Assembly (NCBI GenBank): GCA_951406725.2
Contig: OX597821.1
Span: forward strand, 80,042,001-80,106,000
DNA length: 64,000 bases
DNA from: Octopus vulgaris
Taxonomy: Eukaryota
Reading direction: 5' to 3'
Part shown: one piece after another, positions 55,176-64,000 of the stretch
How the letters are laid out: the number at the start of each line of letters is the position of its first letter
Numbering within the stretch: the first letter of the stretch is position 1
Translations under genes and position numbers: made by a program
Notes under the pieces: model-generated
The model's database searches: none
What the model was told of the DNA's origin: nothing
The model's input: only the letters and a program-made list of their open reading frames with translations

Positions 55176-56520
55176 GTATGCATGTATGTATGTATGTATG
55201 ATGTGTATATTTTATCTATAAATAAACAATAAAAAGTTCGACTGAAGAAGGTGTCAATGTGTAATGGTTAAGTACGTAGCTTGTTTTCCTATAATAAATC
55301 AGTAGTTGTGATTTGAAACCTGAAGCCGCACTGCGAATTGTATAGATGAAAGATACCGTTGATACACGTGGGTTCATTTCAGAGGGGGTTGTGTCAGATA
55401 CTCTGTCGGAGGGCCTAATTCTAATAGTGGGAAATGTAAAAATTGGTTCGATAAGCAAGATTACTTTTTAGTTTTTAGTTAAGAAGGGAAAGCAGAAGGG
55501 AAAGAAAGACGAAGAAGGAGAAGGTGGGGGGGGGGGGAGGAAGGAAGAAAGAAAGCAGAGGAGGAAGTAGAATAATAATAGCAATGGGTTGGATTTCAAA
55601 GAAGGGAGGAGTAAAGAATTAGGGAGAAAGGAAGGAATATGGGACGGGATGAGGGTAAATGGGGGTGGGGGAAGAAATGTAAAAAAGGGCTACAAGAAAG
55701 GAGCGAAGTGAAATACATAAACGTATGTGTGCGTGTGTGTTTATAAGCCCGTGTGTATGTGTATGTATATTGCAATATATATCTTTATGCATAAACTGCA
55801 GATATATTGTAAGGAAACTTGTTCCCAGAACATTAATGCTTGCAATTCAAGACTGCTCCTTCATTTCTGGTGGATAAATTTTACAAAAAAAAGATTAAAT
55901 AGATTTAATAAATCGAATATTATCCCATTGAAATGGCAGAAGAGCCTCTAGCAGACTTGCATTTTAGATTTGGACGTTTGTATTCATGCAAATGAATCCG
56001 TTGAAAGCCGGACTAAAATGTACAAAATGGCGATAAACGTCGGTGTGTTTTATGTCTTGTGACACTCTTGTGAACGGAAGGCGATATAAAATGAGTCTGC
56101 AGCTCTTGCGCAAAATCGATTGATGCTTACATACAAACATATATATGTACAAGCATATCGCGCATATATACAGACATATAATTGTATGCATAGAAATCTA
56201 TACATGCATACATATACATATATATATACATGTATACATATGCATACATATACATTCGAACACATACACACACATATATACATGCATGCACACATACATA
56301 TATGCATAAATACATATACATGCATGTATATACATGCATACACACAGATACACACACATATATACATGCATGCACACACATATACATAAATATATATACA
56401 TACATAGATATACATACATTCATAGACACACACACACACACACACACACATGTATATATATATCACCCTTTCTGTATGTATGTATACATATATATACACA
56501 CATCTGTCTCTCTGTCTCTG

Positions 56521-56570
<50 letters not shown>

Positions 56571-56624
56571 CATCCATCCATCCATCCATCCATCCATCCA
56601 TCCATCCATCCATCTATCTATCTA

Positions 56625-56662
<38 letters not shown>

Positions 56663-56725
56663 AGTGTGATGAAGATAATGAATTCCGGATTTTCTCCATT
56701 TCTGTGTCTTCACTTAAGTGAAGCT

Positions 56726-56787
<62 letters not shown>

Positions 56788-57932
56788 CTGATTAAAAAAA
56801 CACACGCATACGTACATACACATTCAAACACGCACCACATAAGTGAATGTACACACATGTCTACCACCAGACATTGTCGCTAACTTCACTAGAGTAGCAA
56901 AGCAAAAGATATATTTATGAATGTGGTAAGGAACGTCCACGTGTTATTTATTCTCTGTTACCGCGTTAAATATACACCTGAAACGTTACGCATAGAAAGT
57001 AACTCTTAAATAAGTAACTGTATACACATCCCCATATACAGACATTTAAAGACATGCTTACACATGTATATATGTCCATTCTATACTCATACGTACACGA
57101 AATATAACGCAAATACGCATTAACAAAGAGCGAATGCTGCATACAAGAATGCTAAGATGTCGTATTGTAACAAACTAACTGTGAATGAGGAGGGCAAAAG
57201 TTCAGGAGGAGTTTTATATGGAAGAAGACAAAGAAAAGTGGGCTGGGAATGGAGTTCTTTATAAACTGAAAGACTTTACATCTACAAAACTACGTTGTTT
57301 TCTGTATTTGTCTGTCTGTCTGTATGTCTGTTTAGAGGTTTGATTGGAAAGAATTCTGAGGCGAAGAAAGGTTATGGAATTATCCAGATGATTTGAATAA
57401 TGTTTCCAAATGCGTTGAATGACACGAAGCCACCTGGAACCGAAGCGAAAACTTCCCAACCGTCATTTCAATATAGAGAATAGAATGTGACGGATTATGG
57501 AGTGTTGTAGTGGCGTGGTGGCGTGGTGGCGTGGTGGCGTCGTGGTTTGATGTTATGGAGATGTTGGTGTTGGTTGAGAGGCGTGGTGGTATGCCAGTGT
57601 GGCAGTGTGGAGATGTGGGGATTGGCGAAATTGTTTATGTAGTTAACGTTTTGCAAGAAGAAATCCCATTCGACGCGTCGTTTACATCAGCATATACGAA
57701 AACAGACGGGTGCGCGCGTACACACGGACACACACACACACGCACACACACAGAGGCTTATGTGGTTAAGAAGATACATAAACAACCACAAGGATTCGCG
57801 ATCATTTCCCATTGTGCGACACACTGGGCAGCCATCTTCAACTATGGTTTAGTGCTACCCGATGTCTTGTGTGCGCAATTTCATGGAAAGAATCTGTTAA
57901 AGACCTCGTTGTTAATACACATACACACACAC

Positions 57933-57994
<62 letters not shown>

Positions 57995-58109
57995 GTCGTA
58001 CATAGATACCTATACATACATACATACATATATATATATATGCATATATATATATACGTATATATATGTAAACAAACGTCTATATATATATATATACATA
58101 CATACATAC

Positions 58110-58165
<56 letters not shown>

Positions 58166-58348
58166 CATATCTATTTGCACGTACATAGCATATGTAAATA
58201 CTTATACATGTATGTATATATGCGTATGTTGATATGTATATATACATGTGTGTGTGAGTACATAAATATACACATACATCGTACATACATATCGACACAC
58301 ACACAAAGCCATACGTATACACTTTTAATGCAAAGATACACGCGCGCA

Positions 58349-58390
<42 letters not shown>

Positions 58391-58909
58391 CCCGTACAGA
58401 ATGTGTAAAAGCATGTGTAAAGTACTCCACCAGGAAACTACAACAGCCGTAATTAACAGACTACATAACAAATAAATGTTAGTTTACCCTCTTTACAATA
58501 ATATAACGTTGACCTCTAACCCTTCCATCTAATTCCTATCGACAGAACTATTAAAACACACTTCAGCCTTCTCTCCTCTACGATGATCAATTCCCTCCCC
58601 TTCCTCTCCGAAAATATCATTAAAATCACCTCCTGAGCAACAGCTGCCTTTTTTCCATGGACGCCATTAGTGAGGTAGATAAGTGGAAGTCTTTATGCAG
58701 TCGCCTAATATGCTAGAAATAACAGTCATAATATTCCTCATGTCCGAAGCTAAAGTAGTAATATCGTACTATAAGAGGGAAGGACTCAGCCTTATATATA
58801 TATATTCATTCGACTAAAAACTCAAGGCGGCGCCCTGCATGGCCGCAGTCTGATGACTGAAACAGGTAAATGATAAAAGAAGAAATGATGTGTGTGTGTG
58901 TGTGTGTGA

Positions 58910-59150
58910 AGGCGCATGGTTTAGTGGTTATGGTGTTGCACTCACGACTGTGAGATCATGGTTTCGATTCGTTATCTTCTTGAGCAAAACACCTCATTTC
59001 ACGTTGTTCTGCGATCATTTCGTCATCCGACATGTGGCACACGGTGCACATGTGCAGGTAATGTTGATTTGATGGAAGGATCAAGGTTAAGCAAATCATA
59101 TGTGGTTTTTCAGCAATTTCTTGCCGAACCCTCATATGTCGAGAGAGTCC
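58910..59150 (+). mobile_element. Third tRNA-derived SINE family
   Basis: GGCGCATGGTTTAGTGGTTA (A box)...GGTTTCGATTC (B box), then cttgagcaaaacacctcatttcacgttg. Reverse copies near 17850-17970 and 28430-28560. Confidence 0.7.
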
Positions 59151-59153
59151 ATG

Positions 59154-59221
<68 letters not shown>

Positions 59222-59312
59222 GTATATATATAGCTGAAATTTACAGAAAAACAAAAAACGAAGACAAGTATATAAACAACAAACAGTTTAACGCTCGGGA
59301 AGGTGAGAAAGT

Positions 59313-59348
59313 CTTTTACGTTTCGAGCCGACGCTCTTCAACAGAAAG
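59313..59348 (-). ncRNA. Degenerate minimal hammerhead-like motif (Penelope terminus)
   Basis: Minus strand: CUUU-CUGUUGA-A GAGC GUCG GCUC-GAAAC-GUA-AAAG. Stem I CUUU/AAAG, stem II GAGC/GCUC, palindromic ACGU stem III. Core position A6 is changed to U. Confidence 0.45.
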
Positions 59349-59451
59349 GAACACGAAGAAAGAAACAGAGAGAGAATATTAAAAAAGACTTTCGGAGCTA
59401 GCGGTTAATCGTGGCGGCTTACATAAATATATATACTTATATACATACATG

Positions 59452-59533
<82 letters not shown>

Positions 59534-60064
59534 TATACATATATATACATATACATGTCTCTATCTTATATATATATATATATACATATATCGATATATA
59601 TACATGTATATATATAGGTATGTATGTAAGTATACATACTCTGCTATCCATCAAATTGTTTTAGTCGTTGGACAGCGGTCATGCTGGGGCAACGCCTTGG
59701 AGGGTTTAGTCGAACAAATCGGCTCTGATACTTATTTTTTAAGTCTGGAACTTTAATCTATCGGTGTCTTTTCCTGAACCGCTTATATCTAGGGCGCAAA
59801 CAAACCAACACCGGTTGTCAAGCCATGCGGGAATAAATACAAACATGAAGGTACACATAAAAGCAAACGCATATATTCATACATGTATACGCATATACGA
59901 AGGGCATCCACATAGATTCTGCAAACCAAATTCACTCACACGGCATTGGTGGACTTGAGATTGTTGTCGAAGACAAATGCCAAAGGTGTCGTGCGGTGAA
60001 CTGAACTCGAAACTATGTGCTTGCAAAACGAAATTCTTAACCACAGATTAAAGACGGAAATGTT

Positions 60065-60292
60065 GGCGGCGAGCTGACAGAATCGTTAGTACGCCGGGCG
60101 AAATACTTAGCGGTATTTCGTCTGCCGCTACGTTCTGAGTTCAAATTCCGCCGAGGACTTTGCCTTTCATCCTTTCGGGGTCGATTAAATATGTACCAGT
60201 TACGCACTGGGGTCGATATAATCGACTTAATCCGTTTGTCTGTCCTTGTTTGTCCTCTCTGTGTTTAGCCCCTTGTGGGTAGTAAAGAAATA
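60065..60292 (+). mobile_element. Family A SINE monomer
   Basis: ggcggcgagctgacagaatcgttag...gagttcaaattccgccgagg...gtagtaaagaaatag. Confidence 0.85.
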
Positions 60293-60329
60293 GTATATTT
60301 CTTTGTGGCTAATGGCGTGAGTCCTGATT

Positions 60330-60467
60330 AGAAGAAGAAGAAGAAGAAGAAGAAGAAGAAGAAGAAGAAGAAGAAGAAGAAGAAGAAGAAGAAGAAGAAG
60401 AAGAAGAAGAAGAAGAAGAAGAAGAAGAAGAAGAAGAAGAAGAAGAAGAAGAAGAAGAAGAAGAAGA
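60330..60467. repeat. Pure (GAA)n microsatellite
   Basis: About 135 bp of uninterrupted GAA. Confidence 0.95.
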
Positions 60468-61098
60468 CAGCAACAACAACAACAAATTATTCTAGGGAGG
60501 GCAATGAATTGGCCAGATCGTTAGAGCGTCAGTTAAAAATGTCTTCCTGCATTTGTTCTGAACCATTACGTTCCGTGTTCAAATCCCGCCTAAATTAACT
60601 TCGTCTTCCTTCCGCTTGGAGCAAGCAAAATACAGAATCAGTCAGTACACTGGGTACAGTGTAATCTACTAAGACATTCTTCTAAATTCTTGTCTTTATT
60701 TTTAAGTCAGAAATTAGAAGGGCGGTGTTTGGGAAGAATCGTTTATAGTATCAAATAAAGTACGTTTTAGTATTTGTGCAGCTCTTTAGGATTTCAATTG
60801 AAACCTCGCCAAGGTGAATCTTAGAGTCGATAAAATAAACTTCTAGTCAAATATTGATATTGTTTTAAGTTTAACCCCTTTCCTTAAAACTGGTGCCTAT
60901 ATTAGGACGGATTTCTCTAAGAACCAACTTGCATTGTGAGATAGAGCAACCCATAACCAGTTTCACATTTTTTTGATTTTCAAAAATGTACATTATATGT
61001 ATGTATGTAAAACCTCCGTCTTCGAGCCATAATTCTGTTATGACTAGCAGTGGATCTATCAGTGAATAAGCAATAAAAATTACTAGAACCACACCATA

Positions 61099-61538
61099 TC
61101 TATTATATAAAATCCGTTCTGTCTGTCTGTGTTTGTGTCATCTAGGATCTCAGGCATCCTCCATCCGATTGCGCTCAAATTTGATATGTAGATACCGATG
61201 GTATCAGGGCGTGTATAAATCTTGAAAAATTACAAAAATCGATTCCAGGTGAGAATGCGATCGATAAAGCCGTGGGAACGTGCATTTGTACGTGCAAGTA
61301 CATCAGCTGTGGCGATGTACTTACGGGTTCTTTAAACCCTTCGGTTGCTTATTTGTGTGAATAAAATCGTTTTACTTTGGAATAGAAAAAAGTCTATCTT
61401 TATGTCTTCTTTTGCTGGTGTCTCAAATTTTAACTCAAGGAGGAGGCCTATGGGACGTTCGGACAAGTTGTTTTGAGAAAATTTGGTTTAAATGTTTGAC
61501 AATCAGCACCGTCCATTGGACGGGGGGCGTTTTGCTCG
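61099..61538 (+). mobile_element. Non-autonomous Helitron-like element
   Basis: 5' end A|TCTATTATATAAAATCCGTTCTGTCTGTCTG. Subterminal hairpin CCGTCCA-T-TGGACGG (61509-61523), then CTCG|T (CTRR variant). Inserted between A and T with no TSD. Confidence 0.7.
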
Positions 61539-61877
61539 TATATATATATATGAAACACTATGGATAATGAGAAAATAAATATAAGGCGCAATTCCCATAT
61601 ATAATATAGAATTGTTGAAGGATGTATAAAACCTCACCGTTGAGGTACCTGTGTGTGTATGGGGGAGGGGTACAGCTAGGTAGTTGTAATGTTATATATT
61701 TTGATGGTGTTATTAGTGATGGCATCTCTAGTGGTGGTGGTGGTTGTGGCGATAAGCGTGGTGTTGGTATTGCTGGTGCTATGCTAGTATCTACCAAACT
61801 GGTACACCACGTGGGGTTGTTTCATGGTGACGACAGATGATCAAATACCAAAGCGTTCTGCTCACTTTCTCTATCAT

Positions 61878-61917
<40 letters not shown>

Positions 61918-62621
61918 TCTCCATTCTCCTGTCCTTCTTCCTCTACTCTTCTATCTCTTTCGCGCTTTCCTGTGCATCCTGTGTATGTTTGTGTATTTGT
62001 TCTCTGTTGCGTGTATGTGTGTTAGAGAGGGAGAGAATGTGCGTGTGTGTGTATTTATGTATGCGTAGGTTGTTTGTTTTTGTGCATATGTTTAAGAGTA
62101 TGTATGTGGTGTGTGTGTGTCTGTTCCATATATGTATGTGTGTTAGTATAGTTATATGTTAGTGTGTGTATATATATTGTAATATGTGAGTGTAAGTCAA
62201 TATGTTTGTCAGTGTGTGTGCGTTAGTGTGTATGCGCGATAGTATATGCGTCTGTATACATGTTAGTATGCGTATGTATAAGTGTATATGGATAAGTGTG
62301 TGTGAGAGAGTGTTGTAAGTATTTATATGTGTTACAAATACGTGTGGATGCTGTGTGGTATGTGTATATGTTCCCTATGTTTGTAAAAGGGCCCAGTGGG
62401 TGGCTGCATATATTGAGTCGGTTTATATTTATGTGTGTGTGTGTGTGCGTGCTAGTCGTGTAAGCATATGTGTGTTCATGCGTATGTGTAAGGGAGGAGG
62501 TGTGAAGGTGAGGATAACTCTGGGAAAAGAAAATAACAGCCTTCTCGTTAATAAGGAAAATATTTGAGGTGATGGAATATGTGACTGGTGTGTGTGTATG
62601 TATGTGTGCGTGTGTGAATGC

Positions 62622-62652
<31 letters not shown>

Positions 62653-63057
62653 TGCGTGTGTGTGTGTGTATGTCAATGCTAGTATGTGTTTAAGGATATA
62701 GCAACTGTCATCTATAGCAACTACAACGATAATAAGGGACATCAGCGCAAACCCTAATAACAGCAGGAAACGATGAGAATGCCTCAAGTGATCCCTCACC
62801 ACTGAAGAATAGAAGCCAAATCTCCCTAAATTCTAAATACATACATACATACATATATACATACATACAAATATACATACATGCATACATACATACATAA
62901 ACATAAGAGTACATACATAAAACATACAAATCAGCACATACATACATACATACATACATACATACATACATACATACATACATACATACATACATACATA
63001 CATACATGCATACATACATACATACATACATACACACATACATACATACATAATACA

Positions 63058-63090
<33 letters not shown>

Positions 63091-63910
63091 TCATACATAC
63101 AAACAAAAATCCCCTGTTTTTGATGTTAAATTTCCAATGAAGGAGCCTTGGATCTAGGTTAGAAACCGGTTCTTTATTGGCAAGAAATCTTGAAATAAAC
63201 TGAATAACGACATAAATAGACAAAAAGAAGTCCTGCTGATGTGAATATCTCTATGAAAATAGAAAACACCACTAAACATTTTGTCCAGCATGCTAACGAT
63301 TCTGCCGGCTGGTCACCCTTTAATATTTGTATCATGACAATAGTTTCCAGTTTCGGTATAAAACCAGCATTTTTTAAGGCGATGTGATTAGTCAATAACC
63401 ATCGATTCTAGTACTTGACTGGTAAAATATTTTTTCGACCCCAGAGGTGTGAGAGGCAAAGTTGACCTCTGCCGGATTAAAAATCAGACTGTAAATTGTC
63501 GGAGAAATACCGGAAGTAATGTTATCTAACACTCTTATGATTCTAGCAGTTACATATATACATGTATATTAGATTTAGGTGAATACTTATGGTATTGCAA
63601 GGGGCCATTCTTTACATAGTCTATTGCGTGTCATCTAAAAACGGCGGCCCGTTATTTTTGGCTCATGACTCTTGGATGCACTATTGGAAAAGAACTGACT
63701 CGATAGTCACGACTGGGAGGCCTTTGATAATAGTTTAAATAAACCAATGTCTAACAGAAGTTTAAGTAACAGCAACAAGTATTCTATTTAACACTTTCTT
63801 AGAGAGTAGTATATATACATATGCGCATAGATATGTGTATACATTTATGCATATACACATACCTATATGGATATACACAGATGTGATTGTATATATCATA
63901 CACAATTTAC

Positions 63911-63961
<51 letters not shown>

Positions 63962-64000
63962 GCTTTTTCTTTAAACTCACATCACACACTTGCATATATA

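Overview
AT-rich, microsatellite-dense eukaryotic DNA. The SINE families and repeat landscape point to an octopus (coleoid cephalopod) genome; this is inferred, not checked. The one clear protein-coding signal is a 150-nt minus-strand exon (34315-34464) encoding the third laminin-EGF repeat of a netrin (UNC-6 family). I found no upstream LN/LE1/LE2 exons, which implies an intron >29 kb. I found no C345C/NTR-domain exons downstream; instead there is a phase-compatible candidate terminal exon (8314-8627) encoding a very Lys/Arg-rich tail, followed by 3'UTR-like sequence. The rest is intronic/intergenic: many tRNA-derived SINEs (including a TSD-flanked head-to-tail tetramer), RTE and R4/Dong-type LINE remnants, mariner/Tc1 and hAT elements (one nested set), a Helitron-like element, and many long inverted repeats. 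Several inverted repeats carry Penelope-type minimal hammerhead ribozyme cores, the best one in a perfect 166-bp palindrome at 20060-20225. Nearly all ORFs in the supplied track are microsatellite or TE artefacts.
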